64,000 nucleotides of DNA from NCBI RefSeq assembly GCF_006345805.1, contig NC_042999.1, positions 151,590,001-151,654,000 of the forward strand, written 5' to 3'. Position numbers and translations under genes: made by a program. Source of the DNA: Octopus sinensis (lineage: Eukaryota). Positions 49,097 to 62,443 of this stretch are shown in pieces (the first letter of the stretch is position 1; each line of letters starts with the position of its first letter). Below the pieces are notes generated by a model. That model worked only from the letters and a program-made list of their open reading frames with translations, was not told where the DNA came from and did no database searches.

Positions 49097-49169
49097 GCAT
49101 GTAAGCGTGTGTGATCTATACATATACATTATAAATATAAAGATTTGAACGTACATACTAATATATATA

Positions 49170-49792
49170 CAGGCATACCTCGGCTTAAGTCGTTCTCGAT
49201 TATACGTCGGTTTTCAAAAATGATATATGGAAAAATAAAAATCAAGTTAAGTAATTTTACTCGACTTTATGTGTCCACCACAAATATTGGAATCGTAAAA
49301 TCACTAGAAAACCGTTAAAAGCACATAAAAATCATGTTACTGTACAATAAATAAGAATAAAAGCGTATAAAAACATATTAAAATACGTACAGTAAATGTT
49401 AAGATACACACCATAAAGTATTGTAGCTTAGTGAACGAAATCATGAAATCAGTTGTGTTGTCTTATTTATTGGTCTTTCGGAGCTCATATTTTACCATAT
49501 CTTATTGCAAACCGTATTCATAAATAAAGGGTCCGCGATGTACAGTAAACACTGCCAAATTGTATTCGTAAATTTAGATTACTTTTTTTTTTATTGTACT
49601 GTATTAAAAAATAAAAATCATTTGTTTGTTAGCTTAAAATAGGTTTTTATTAACCGTGCATTATGGAAAATGCATTGATAAATAAAGTTTAGCCTAGAGA
49701 CAAGTAAATTCGGCCTAGCCTAGCCTAGCCTAGAAACAAGTCAATTCGACTTAAGTCATGTCTCATAGAACCAATAAACGACGCAGCCTGCG
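49170..49792. mobile_element. Tigger-like MITE (right end degenerate)
   Basis: TA-CAGGCATACCTCG start; subterminal CTTAAGTC motifs near both ends. Confidence 0.5.
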
Positions 49793-50663
49793 TATACATA
49801 CATACTTGTGCGAGTATAGAGACGCAAGGTAAATTGCAGAGACTAGCACCCGAAAATCAAATATACATTTAAATAGTTTTTCTTTTTTATTGAAGCTAAA
49901 AAGATTTCAACAACAGTTATTCAGAGCTTCACGTGATCGATCATCCCACAAAATACGACTACCTGATGATCAGTTTTTGAACTCTTTTTAGCGTAAATAA
50001 ATTACACACACACACACACACGCGCGCGCGCACATGCACGCATGCACACACGCACGGACACACACACACATTATCTGATCTCATAAGTATAAACTTTCCA
50101 GAGAAAGTGAAATAATAATTTGGGGTGTGGGTGGGAATAGTGGATCTCGAAGCAAATAAAGCTATAAATAATAGCATGTCAATATATTTATTTTTGTTGT
50201 GTCTGGGGAGAGTCATTTTCTTTTTGTGCCTTATAATTTAACACACTCACCGGTAAAATTTCCACTTATTACTTATTTTTATTTTCCTAAAATTTTCGTT
50301 GGGTCTACCAAATCCAAAAACGAAATATTTCTTTTTATTTAACCCAATATTTACATGCTATTATGAATATTTTATTTGTGCTTCGAGATCCACTGTCAAT
50401 AAAAACAAATTATGTGTGACAGACACGTTAGCACGCCGGGCGAAATGCGTAGCCGTATTTCGTCTGCCGTTACGTTCTAGGTTCAAATTCCGCCGAGGTC
50501 GACTTTGCCTTTCATCCTTTCGGGGTCGATGAAATAAGTACCAGTTACGCACTGGGGTCAATATAATCGACTTAATCCCTTTGTCTGTCTTTGTTTGTGC
50601 TCTCTGTGTTTAGCCCCTTGTGGGTAGTAAAGAAATATATATATAGATGAGTGTTGTATATGT

Positions 50664-50848
50664 CAGTATCCCGCAATCTTTTCCCACTTGTGGCACACCT
50701 ATATTCTTTCTAAAATACAGCGTCACACCTGAACTAAAAATAAAACCAAAAGTATAAGAAAAAAATTATATTCAGGTTACACTGCGGCACACCTAGCATT
50801 GTCTCGCAGCATACCTGTGTGCCGCGGAATACCGGTTGCGGAGCAGTG
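50664..50848. mobile_element. 185-bp hAT-type MITE
   Basis: Imperfect TIR CAGTATCCCGCAA/TTGCGGAGCAGTG; 8-bp TSD GTATATGT. Confidence 0.8.
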
Positions 50849-52304
50849 GTATATGTTTGTGTATACACACACACGTGCTTTTGTCTGCATCTTTTGAACA
50901 GCTGCCTTATCTGTGGAATTGACGTCTATATATGTGCTTGTATATGTATGTATGCACAGCGTATAGAAGTACAAGGAAGTTCTTAACTCGAAAAAAGTAG
51001 ACGACACGCAGCAGCAGCGACAACATCAAGGACAAAAAGATTATGTGCGAAAAATTTATGAAGATCACCTAAATTTTATTAAAATCGTTACTACGTAAAG
51101 CTTTCTAGATATTTTTGTTGTTGTTAGTGAAGAATGTTGTTGGACTCGTCACCACCTGCACCACCACCACCACCACTATTTTCACTGTCGATATCGTCTT
51201 AGTTGTTGTGGTGGTGCTTATCATCATCGTTACCGTTGTCAGCATCATCATCGTCATCATCACCACCGTATTGATTCTCGTCCATTGTTTATTATTGCTT
51301 GTGTTGTCAATCTGCGTTGTCATTTATTTTATATTATAGTACACAAGCTGTTTTGTTACTTCTCTGTGACCGTCTCCGTCTCTACCACTGCTGCTAGCGG
51401 CTCTGACGCCGCCGCCGTCGTCTGCTCTTTGTCGTCGTCATCGTCATCGTAGTCATGGTCGTTGTCGCCTGCTCAGCTTAAACGCCGATCTGGCAGTCTT
51501 TAAATCAACACTAAATTCTTTGAATTGTTTTTAAAAGTGAGTAAACAATAAACCCCAGACAAAATATATATATATATATATATATTTTCTTAAACTTAAT
51601 CAACAGGTGAACAACCGGCCGACTGAAAATAGTCACAGTTCTGCAATGGACGACAAACTTATCCGGAACTTACGTTTTTTATTATTTGTTTTATAAACAG
51701 TTTGTTTATGGATACGTAAAGTAAATTTCAAAGGATAACAGAAGCTTCTCACGGAAATATTCCCCTTATTTTTTTGGAGTATAGTAGCTGTATGAAGGAG
51801 AGAAACTTGGGGAGATACATAACATTAAGGATTAAGGTAAATATAAAGTTGTGGTCTGTTGGTCTTCTCTTCAGACTCTTTCTCTCTCTCTCTCACCATC
51901 TGTTTGTCTTTCCTCCTTTTTTCTTTGTCTATTGTATTCTTTATTTTTTTCTCTCTTTCTGTTGAAGTCAATCGATATTGAATTGGTGTATATGTATCTT
52001 GTGTACACAACGCATACAGAGTAAATTTGATTACATACATACATACACGTGTATACATACATATATAACTAAATTCTTTAAATTCTATGTATGTATGTGT
52101 GTGTGTATATATATACATACATATATATATAGGTTTACCTTCGTTTTGAGAAAGATCGCCATATATATATACATATATATATACATACATATATATATAT
52201 ACATACATACATACATATATACATACATACATATATATATACATACATACATATATATATACATACATATATATATATATACATACATATATATATATAC
52301 ATAC

Positions 52305-52365
<61 letters not shown>

Positions 52366-52679
52366 TATATATACTTGTATACTGTACTATAAATGATTGT
52401 GGAGATGACAGTACCACAAATAATACACACACACAAATATATACACGTATATATATAACATGCATATACATATATACGCACACACGCACACACACACATG
52501 CATGTATATACACACATGTATGCGTGTGTGGATGCATGTATACGCACGTTAATACACACGCTTGTGATAAAACCTGGATCTAACGAAACATTACTGGAGT
52601 AGAAACAGAAGCTAAGGGGAAATCTCCGTGTGAACATATGTGTGTGTGTTTGCGTGCGTGTTTGAGTGTGTGTGTTTGA

Positions 52680-52716
52680 GTGTATGTATGTATGTATGTA
52701 TGTATGTATGTATGTA

Positions 52717-52747
<31 letters not shown>

Positions 52748-53324
52748 ATGTATGTGTGTGTATGTATGTATGTATGTATGTATGTATGTATGTACGTACG
52801 TACGTATGTATGTGTGGATATATAAGTGTGTGTGTGTATGTATGTATGTGTATGTATGTATGTATGTGTGTGTGTTTGTATGTATGTACGTACGTACGTA
52901 TGTATGTATGTGTGGATATATAAGTGTGTGTATGTATGTATGTATGTATGTATGTGTGTATGTATGTATGTATGTATGTGTGTGTGTGTATGTATGTATA
53001 TGTGTGTGTGTGTATGTATGTATGTATGTACGTACGTATGTGTGGATATATAAGTATGTGTGTGTGTGTATGTATGTATGTATGTATGTACATACGTATG
53101 TATGTATGTATGTATGTGTGGATATATATAAGTATGTGTGTATGTATGTATGTACGTACGTATGTATGTATGTATGTGTGGATATATAAGTATGTGTGTA
53201 TGTATGTATGTATGTACGTACGTATGTATGTATGTATGTGTGGATATATAAGTATGTGTGTATGTATGTATGTATGTACGTACGTATGTATGTATGTATG
53301 TATGTATGTGTGGATATATAAGTA

Positions 53325-53361
<37 letters not shown>

Positions 53362-53365
53362 ACGC
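52680..53365. repeat. Compound (TATG)n/(TG)n microsatellite with a higher-order unit of about 50-65 bp
   Basis: The marker TGTGGATATATAAG recurs 7 times between 52812 and 53322. Confidence 0.9.
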
Positions 53366-53667
53366 ACGCATGCAGACACGGACATAATTATTTGAACATA
53401 CGTAAAAATAGTAAATTAAAAGTGAAAGAAGTTGTTATACCACGTAAGCATGTGCCAGTGCTACTGACAAGAGTCCCCTTTTACTCATTTCCTCAAATCA
53501 CTACAGATTTAAAGGCGGATGCGATGTAAGGGTGTTCATTACAGTCTAACAACCATCACTACCACACCTACTTTACCCCGGACGTCGGGCATACAGTAGA
53601 CCATATTTCAATACGGTGTAGTCGCTTGGTATGCTAGAAATAACAGCTAAATCCCATCTTAAATTTA

Positions 53668-53868
53668 CACCGGTACTCGTTAGAAGGGACACATTGGTTA
53701 ATGTGGTTTTGAGAAAGGAGAACATTGTAGTTAAGAAAAAGGGTAGGGGTGGTCATGACTGGAATCACCGGTACTCGTTAGAAAGGACACATTGGTTAAC
53801 GTGGTTTTGAGGAAGGAGAGCATTGTAGTTAAGAAAAAGGGTAGGGGTGGTCATGACTGGAATCACTG
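53668..53868. repeat. Tandem duplication, 98-bp period, 2 copies
   Basis: CACCGGTACTCGTTAGAA...GGTCATGACTGGAAT repeated at 53668 and 53766. Confidence 0.9.
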
Positions 53869-53945
53869 CTGTCTTAACTATATTATCGACTCTCTATCTC
53901 CCTCAGCGGATAAAACAATGCACTGGGACTTATATATTGTATTTA

Positions 53946-54065
53946 TGGCAATCTTTCGGTATTAGTAGACGACGTCATTCACTCACTATCACCTTAGCCT
54001 CTTTATATCATGAGGGAACGTTGTATGGGTGAATGACGTCGCCTACGAATACCGAAAGATTGCCA
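53946..54065. repeat. 120-bp inverted repeat (40-bp arms), probable MITE
   Basis: TGGCAATCTTTCGGTATTAGTAGACGACGTCATTCACTCA pairs with 54026-54065; 3 mismatches. Confidence 0.8.
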
Positions 54066-54770
54066 CTATGTTGTGGGCCCATAACTTTAATCATAGGTCT
54101 GCTCCATCAGGCCCAGGAACTAAACAACAAGAGCTATAAACACTTGTAGAGAAATAAGGCTGGCGAGAACAATTTATAATTGCACGAGCTAATTCGTTAA
54201 TTTGTTTTTTGTTTGGCAGGGTAACGTTTTCAGATGTAAACATTAACTCGTTAATTTGTCATTCGATTCCCACCGAATTATTACGATAAACCAAAAATAT
54301 GTAGCGTGACACACTTTTGTCCCCGAGTGGCCATGAAATAGAATTCGTTTAAAATTATGTTTTGTTTATAATCTCAATCCCCGGAGAAAAAAGATTGGTT
54401 ACATTCTATAGAAATATGAAATGAAAAGAAAAAAGCGGTTAAGAGGCTACTAGTGGCATGAGTCAATGAAATACTTGTCATTCTCTGCTAATAGATATTT
54501 TATAAGCACAGGCGCGGCCTCACGATCGACCTAAATAACATGGGTGGAAATACACGCCCCTGTCTCCCTCTTCCAACGTCAGATTATTTCGTCAGAGGTG
54601 ATTCTGGTCGCTTAGTTATTTATGTTCGAGATCTTTGATAAAAGGTGTTCTTAAAAGTCATGGTATTTTTTTTCCCCTTCAGGCGACATAATCTCAATAC
54701 AGCGTATTTGTATAAGTAACTCTCTCACCTGTTCCTTCGTCTTACCTCTTTATTATTATTTTTTTTTAGG

Positions 54771-54998
54771 GGCGAAGGTAAAGAATACGCACACTCTGTG
54801 TTAAGGGTTAGGGTAGAGGAATAGGGTAGAGGGTTAGTGTAAAGAATATGTACACCACCCGTTTTATGCGTAACTAAGCCTAACCTTAACTCTAAACCCT
54901 AACCCTAAATACCGGGTGTACGTATTCTTTACTTTGGCCATGTTTAGGGTTAGGGTTACGCAGAAAACGGGTGGTGTGCGTATTCTTTTACCTCCGCC
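54771..54998. mobile_element. Composite TIR element with internal TTAGGG/CCCTAA repeats
   Basis: GGCGAAGGTAAAGAATACGCACAC ... GTGTGCGTATTCTTTACCTCCGCC; further copies of the TIR motif inside. Confidence 0.75.
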
Positions 54999-55038
54999 TT
55001 TTTTAGTTTTGTTTTTCCCTTTTCTTTTGTATTTTCAG

Positions 55039-55197
55039 GATCTAGGAGGGATGGGATATCACCGATGGTCTTTTCCCACAGTTCTTCTGAGACAGGTGAG
55101 ACTGAAATCGATAACGTTCTGCTTCAGTTTATGCAAGTCAACGATTACTTGGAAAACACGAGCAGGGAGAAGTTTCCAAGGGATCAGCCTTTTGGGG
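55039..55197 (+). CDS. Candidate host-gene exon, product unknown (alternative donor after 55095)
   Basis: Strong acceptor TTTCTTTTGTATTTTCAG; open frame ..MVFSHSSSETGETEIDNVLLQFMQVNDYLENTSREKF..; donors CAG|GTGAGA or GGG|GTGAGG; lies just after CpG-rich unique sequence. Confidence 0.35.
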
Positions 55198-55735
55198 GTG
55201 AGGTGGGTGGGCTGGTGGGTGAAGGATTGGGTGTAGTGGTTAGTGCAAAACCTGAAGTGGGTGGACGTAATATAGGTGATGAGAGTCGCAGGGTAATGAG
55301 TCAGGAATGATTGGGTGGCGGTAGCGAGAGAGTAACTAATTCTAAAGAGTAGCGTGCTATTGTAGATGTGGCTAATGATGGGGACAGAGAAGACTGCAGT
55401 TTTGTATATCTTGGGTAATTTAATGTTGACTCTGTGTGTGTGTGCGCGCGCGCATATTTATACTTATGTACGCACACGCATACGCGTTTTTATGTTCAGT
55501 TATAATAAAAGCAATTTTATATTATTAATCTGATGGATTGCTCTATACTTTTGCACAGATTAATTCAATAAAAATTTCTCTAAAACACCTTTCCCTAACA
55601 ACCCATCCCCAAACCTATCACTTAACTCAAGAAAGATTTTAACTCAACAGTGACTATATAAAGCCAAGATTAACTTTCAATGCTGGTACCTCGAAGTCAT
55701 TGTCATAAGAATAGTATATGTGTGTGTGTGTGTCT

Positions 55736-56033
55736 GTGGATGCGCAATGGCCCAGTGGTTAGGGCAGCAGACTCGCGGTCGTAGGATCGCAGTTTCGATT
55801 CCTAGACTGGGCGTTGTGAGTGTTTATTGAGCGAAAACACCTAAAGCTCCACGAGGCTCCGGCAGGGGGTGGCGGCGATCCCTGCTGTACTCTTTCGCCA
55901 CAACTTTCTCTCTCTTTTTTTCTGTTGGCCTGCTCGCTTAGCCAGCGGGGTGGCGTCATTTGAAGGCTAAAACAATGCGAAGCGCATTGTGACCAGCGAT
56001 GTGTAGCAACATCTGATAGCCTGGTCGGTCACG

Positions 56034-56036
<3 letters not shown>
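55736..56036 (+). mobile_element. tRNA-derived SINE (family D)
   Basis: A box TGGCCCAGTGG and B-box-like GTTTCGATTCC, followed by a non-tRNA body ending in a TA tract. Confidence 0.7.
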
Positions 56037-56081
<45 letters not shown>

Positions 56082-56439
56082 TGCATACATGCATACACAC
56101 ACATATATAACAGACACAGAAGTATGGTGCAGTCTTCTGCCTGGCAAACTGGCCAACCCATCCTATCAGGAAATGTGGATGCTACATGATACCGATGAAG
56201 TTGATGGTGACGATATTGTAGATACGGTTACAATCTAAGCTGTGTCCTCTTGAAGCACATCTGCTTATTCTAGTATTCCAGATAAGTATGTAGGTGTCAT
56301 ATTTGTGTGAAACATGCATAAGAGTTGAAAAATACTGGGAATAATTTTTACAATGTAATTATATATCAAAACAGGAGAGTGGGAAAGCTTTTGGTGTTTT
56401 TATTCACCATTTTAAGTTTCATTTTATATATATACATCA

Positions 56440-56801
56440 ACATCAACATAAAAAATCAAATGGAAATTGTAGTTGTGATACCTGTGCTGGTGGCACATAA
56501 AAAGCACCATCCAAATGTGGCTGATGCCAGTGCCGCCTTGACTGGCTTCTGTGCCAGTGGCACGTAAGAAGCACCAAACTGATTGTGGCTGTTGCCAGAC
56601 TCCTCTGGCCTTTGTGCTGGTGGCACATAAAAAGCACCCACTACACTCTCGGAATGGTTGGCGTTAGAAAGAGCATCCAGCTGTAGAAGCACTGCCAGAT
56701 CAGACTGGAGCCTGGTGCAGCCTCCTGGCTTCCCAGACCCCAGCCGAACCATCCAACCTATGTTAGCATGGAAAGCGGATGTTAAACGATGATGATGATG
56801 A

Positions 56802-56805
<4 letters not shown>
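56440..56805 (+). mobile_element. SINE-like family C with internal TGGCAC(G/A)TAAAAAGCACC repeats and a (GAT)n tail
   Basis: Other copies at about 63700-64000, 61220-61400, 15530-15920 (-) and 5310-5480 (-). Confidence 0.75.
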
Positions 56806-56850
<45 letters not shown>

Positions 56851-59084
56851 TGCTGCTTGAAAGCACCCAGTAAAGTAGCTGGTGTTCAGAAGGGCATCCA
56901 GCTGTAAAAATCCTACCAAAACAGTCACAGAAGTCTGGTGCAGGTTTCTGCCTGGCCAGCTTTGGAAGGTGGATGTTAAATGATGATGATGATGACGATG
57001 ATGATCTTCATCATCATCTTTTAATCTCTGTTGTCTATAGTGGCAAGGGTTGGATAGTCTAACCAGGGCTGGTAAGCTGAGCGGCTGCACCAGACTGCAG
57101 TCTGATTTGGCGTAAAAACCATTTGAACACCTTGTATTTTTCAGTAATAAATGGTTCACAGTGTGTTTATACAAATCCACCTTTATTTCTTTTTCTTTGT
57201 CATACTTGACCTTTTCAATGATTTATTTATCTCCGCATCACTGGTTTTCAATAAACTACAAATATGATTATACTTGAACTGGCATAAAACAAAATCTTTA
57301 GAACTTATAAAAATGTTAAGATGAAAAGGATCATTGTAAATGTTTACAAAAAGTTTTGATTCCTTACATTGATACTTACTTTGTTATTTTTGTAATTAGC
57401 ATGTCTCATTAATTTAATCAACTCCAAACTATTACTAGTAGAGGTTTTATAGCTACAGTCATGGTTATTTAGTTAAGAAGTTCAGTTCCTAATCATGTGA
57501 TTTCAGGTTCAGTTTCACTGCATAGTAGCTTGAGCAAGTATCTTCTACTTTAGACCCTGAGATGAACAAAGACTTGTGAATGGATTTGGTAAATGGAAAC
57601 TGAAAGAAACCTGTTATACACGCACACACACATACGTATGTGTGTGTGTGTGTATGTATAAAAATGGGGAGGCATGTGGCATAGTGGTTAGGGTGTTGCA
57701 CTCACGATCATAAAATTGTGGCTTCAGTTCTTGGCCCAGTCAGTATGTTGAGTTCTTGAGCAAAACACTTTAATCTATGTTGCTCCAGTCCACTCACTTG
57801 TCAAAAGTGAGTAGCCCTTTGATGGATCAATGTCCTGTCCAATGGGGAAATATATATGCCATGGAATCTAGGAAGCTGGCATTATGACCCTATGGCTCAG
57901 GAAGGACCTTTGATCTTTTTCTGTATTTTTCTTTTTTTGATGTATAAAAGTTGAGGAAAAGCAGATCAGAAAAAAAGTTGATTGTAGGTCCAAGCTAATT
58001 TATATATATTGTCTTAGAATTAAGAAATTAATATATTGTCTTAGAAAGGCAGTGAACTGGCAGAATTGTTAGCATGCTAGGAAAAATGTTTAGCAGCATT
58101 TTGTTGTTTTTGTTCTGAATTCAGATTCTGCTAATGCTGACTTTGCCTATCATCCTTTTGGGGTTGATTAAAAAAGTACCAGTTGAACACTAAAGTTGGT
58201 GTATTTGGCTTCTCCACTCCCTTAAAAATTGCTGGCCTTTTGTCAAAATTTGAAACTAATAACTTGTGTTAGAGTTGTGGATTGACAGAAAACCTAGAGC
58301 ATTGAGGTAAAAATGCCTTGCAGTATTTGTCCTGGGGCTTTCTTTTCTGAGTTCATATCCTATTGATGTCAGCTTTGCCTTTCAGCTTTTGGGGACTTGA
58401 TACAATAAACTAGCAATCATACTGGGGTTGATGGTATTGGCTTACCTCCTTCTCTCAAAATTGCTAGCCTATGCCTAAATCAAAAACCATTAATATGTTT
58501 GGGTAAAAAGAATAGATTAATTCTGTTGGTTTTGAAATAGTTTATATTAAAACAAAAATGCAATATCTCTGTACTTTAACAGCTGGCTGACACATGTTTA
58601 TTTCTTTTATTTCTGAACCACTGTACCCCAACCTCTACTATACAGTGAATCATTCCCTTGAGAACTGTGAATCAACATAAGATTGAATGATTCAAAGAAG
58701 TCCCTTAGTGAAACCAGCTATATATCTTATTAAAGCATTGTTCAATTGTTGACAATGTTATCCAAATAGAAATCATAAATATCTCTCAAAAACATTCTTT
58801 GACAAAAGTTATCCACCCTAAAGGAAACATTTAACGCAAAACCACATTCACAAAATCTCCAAAGACATTTAAGAAAATATGAAAGAATGATATTAGAGTA
58901 ACATTGAAATACTCTTTTAGTTTCTTAGTAAACTACATGAAATGAATCAACAACCATCATTTTTAAGGAATAAGAACTGAATTTTTATAATGATGTATCC
59001 ATTCTTAATACATTCTGTGAGATTCAAATGGGAATCTGTTGTTTTATGTTATCAGAGAACTTCTCTTCCTTTTACATGAAATGC

Positions 59085-59595
59085 ATTCATAACACAAGCG
59101 ATTCACTAGTGTAAGGAGATACTGCTGTGTTTCGACCACCTTATATGTCTCCTCAGTCAAAACTCCCTCACTGGACTAAGGAATCCAACAAGAACATGCA
59201 TGAGCTCTTGTTTAAAGGAATCAGTAAACAAATTATTCTGCTGATGCATGCTGATGTCTGCTAATTAGATAACAATTCATAGGGTACATGCAAAACCGTG
59301 AGAATCCAAACAATAACATATCTTTTCATTCTTAATTCATTCTTGCAGATTTGAATGTGAACATCTAATTGCTGTTGTTTTACACCATCAAAGAACGTCT
59401 CCTCTCTTTAAACAACTGTGTTCATAACACACACACAATTCACTGCTGTAAGGGGTCTTTGAAATACTAGTGTTTCAACCTTGTTGTATGTCTCCTCTGA
59501 CAAAACTACCCTGCTGGATTGATGAATCCAATAAAAGCACAAGCTGTTGCTTACAAGAACCAGTAAACAAATTATTTGCTGATGTGTGCTGATAG
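59085..59595 (-). mobile_element. Decayed Penelope-like remnant: diverged direct repeats (about 59085-59260 and 59420-59595), each with a hammerhead-like core
   Basis: CTGAGGA-GAC..GTC-GAAAC at about 59130-59156; second copy CAGAGGA-GAC..GTT-GAAAC. Confidence 0.45.
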
Positions 59596-61758
59596 ACTTT
59601 AAAGGACTTTGTTAAGATGCCAACTATCTTCTCATAAAAAATTTCTGGAATGTTTTTTTAAGGGATAAACATAATGGGATAAACCTAGTGTTTTCCCACC
59701 TTGCAAGCTCTCACTTTAAAACAAATACCATTTGTAATTTGATCCTTGTGTGATGCTAATAATGTGGGTGTTGATGTTGTAAATAGTTTTCTTGTAGGAA
59801 ACATAAACCAAACAAAATCTTCCTGAGTAATATCTGTTTATGCAAAATACAATGTAAATCGGAAGAAATTAAATGAATCTAAATATTATAAACCACACTG
59901 TGAGTAAAAGAAGAATGTAAGTGCATTCCTACAATGCTATTTTTGTGAAGAAAAAATAAAATGGGTGGGTGTTTCCTGATGGACTGTTTCATGACTTATT
60001 GACTGCTCCTCAGAGATGTACAGTATTTTCTGATATACAAGTCAAATTTTTCAGACCAAAATTTACAGCTGAAAATGTTAGGTCGACTTATACACCAGGA
60101 TAACTTTGAAAGAGCAATTATTCTGTTTGAAATGCAGCAGGATTTGGGAAAATAGTGACTTTGTTTGAATGTTTACACTTCAGGTCCTCTATGATAGCAT
60201 ACAACAAAAATTTTAGTTTCTTGTTAATTCTCTTTTTTGCTACTTTGTGTTCATATTGATGTGTAATTATAATTGTGAATAATTGAAAATCTTAAAAATC
60301 AAATTTGAAATAATTGAATATCATTTCAAATGGAAACTTTTTTTATTTCGACTTTTCTCATCCTGTTGTGAAATCTTTCATGCCCCTCTGTTGATCCAAG
60401 CCATTTTAGCTGCAATGATATCCCAATTTCTTAATTAAAACTTGCGACTTAAACAGTGATTTTCTGACTAAAACAATCTACCTCAACTTGTAAACTATGT
60501 CAATAACCTGGAAAATATGGTACTCATTTTCCTTCTCTAGTCAATATCATAGATCAGCTATGTGTAAAGCAGTCATGAATTAAGCTAGCACATTAGTGGA
60601 TAGCTTAATTTGCATATTTGTGCCTTTGACAGTTCATCATTAATTAAATGTAATTTATGTTCTAATTCTTATTTAATACATAGCAAGGTTTTATAATATT
60701 TAAATTTACTTCAGTTTTTCTGATTTATGCTGTTTTGTGTATAAATTGATATCGTTTAATTAACAATACTGTAGTGAAACAAGAGAGCTGAAGTATTTTA
60801 TGGCTCTGAAGTGGAATCCTACTGTTAGGGTTACAACTTTGGCTGTATCTTATGTGTGAAGAAATCAATATGGTTTGTGAAGTCTAGCATTTGTAGCAAT
60901 TTTAAGGCTTTCAGTTGTGTGCTGCTCATGTGGAGAAAGGGTGCAATATTGGAGAATATTCTTGAGGTTTCTGATCATGGAAACAGTCAGTCTAGCATGA
61001 GATGTCTAATTGCATGGGAATGATATTTGTGTTTAGAACATCCTGCTTCTCTTTGTAGTTGGCCATTGATTCTGTACCCTTACCCTTATGCCCAATGTTT
61101 TCATTTGAAAACTCCTTTTAAATCACCATAAAACAAAAAAAATAAAATGAAAAATCATGATATAACAAAAAGGATTTTCAGTGATAAATTGACTATTTTA
61201 TAGCCCATTCAAAAGTACCTTGGATCGTAGGACGACCTGCTGTGCTTACCTTGGATCGTAGGGCGACCTGTTGTGCTTGAGGAGACCTATTGAGTCAAGT
61301 ACATCAACATCAAAATAAAAATCAAATGGAAATTGTAGTTGTGATACCCATGCTGGTGGCACGTAAAAAGCACCATTCGAATGTGGCCGATGCCAGCGCC
61401 GATGCGTGGTTAGGGTGTTACACTCGTGATCGCCAGATCATGGATTTGATTCCTGGGCCACATGGCATGTTGTGTTCTTGAAGACACTTCATTTCATGGT
61501 ACTCTAGTGCTGTGTTGGGGCAGGCATGTTAAAGAATAGACTCAACATTTCCTCTGTGTGTCATAAAAGGTGACTCTAAGAGGTTGAGGTAGGATTTACA
61601 GTCTGTTCATGTGAAGTCTTCACAAGCAACAACTAACCAAACAGACTCATGTGTTGTGGGGTTGTTGCCCGAGTGGTACAAAGGTGTTATCTGCCAGGAG
61701 TAGGGAGTCACCAAATGATGGTAGATGCAGTGATGCACTGTTACAGCACAAGCTCCTA

Positions 61759-61791
<33 letters not shown>

Positions 61792-62174
61792 ACAGTTTAC
61801 AAATGTCTGAAACACTTATTACAGTAATAAAGACATATCTTGGTTCATAAAGATAACTTTAGACTGTTGACTAACTGGCTGTATGTTGGTTACTAGGATG
61901 AGTGTTCTAGTTGTTCCAATCAATGGAACAGCCTGCTTGTGAAATTAACATGGAAGTGGCTGAGCACTCCACAGACATGTGTAACCTTAAAGTACTTCTT
62001 AGGGAGATTCAGCATGATACAGAACGTGAGAAGGCTGGCCCTTTGAAATACAGATACTACACATTTTTGTCAGCTGAGTGGACTGGAACAATACCCTGCC
62101 ATATATCAAATGCATGACCTTACAATCGGGAGCTGAATATTCTAACCACAAAACCACACACGTTTACTTTAGAC

Positions 62175-62443
62175 CAGGGCTGTGGAGTCAGTCATGGAGT
62201 CATGGAGTTGGAATCAGAAACAATTAAGAGGTAGCTGGAGTCGGAGTTGGAGTCTATACTGACTCCAGCTCCAACTCACACTATCTTTATTCTTTAATAT
62301 AAACCAGTTTCAAGATATAGTACTTTATGAGATATGTAGACCATAATCACTTAATTATATAAAGAGGAGTCAGAGTCAGAGGTGCCAATAGTAGAGGAGT
62401 CGGAGTTGGAGTCGAAGCTTTTTGTTTTGACTCCATGGCCCTG
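62175..62443. mobile_element. hAT-type MITE with subterminal GGAGTC repeats
   Basis: CAGGGCTGTGGAGTC / GACTCCATGGCCCTG ends; degenerate 8-bp TSD CTTTAGAC/TTCTAGAC. Confidence 0.7.

Noticed and set aside
51825-53529. Long ORFs of up to 422 aa rich in H/T/Y/I or M/Y/V/C
   Set aside because: Translations of (TATG)n/(TG)n/(TA)n microsatellites that lack stops by composition; the same applies to ORFs at 5.6-7.4, 18.5, 31.3 and 44.8 kb
56480-56640. Short repeats with variable spacers resembling a CRISPR array (also 63840-63990)
   Set aside because: Eukaryotic context, no cas genes, spacers related to one another; internal repeats of a dispersed SINE-like family
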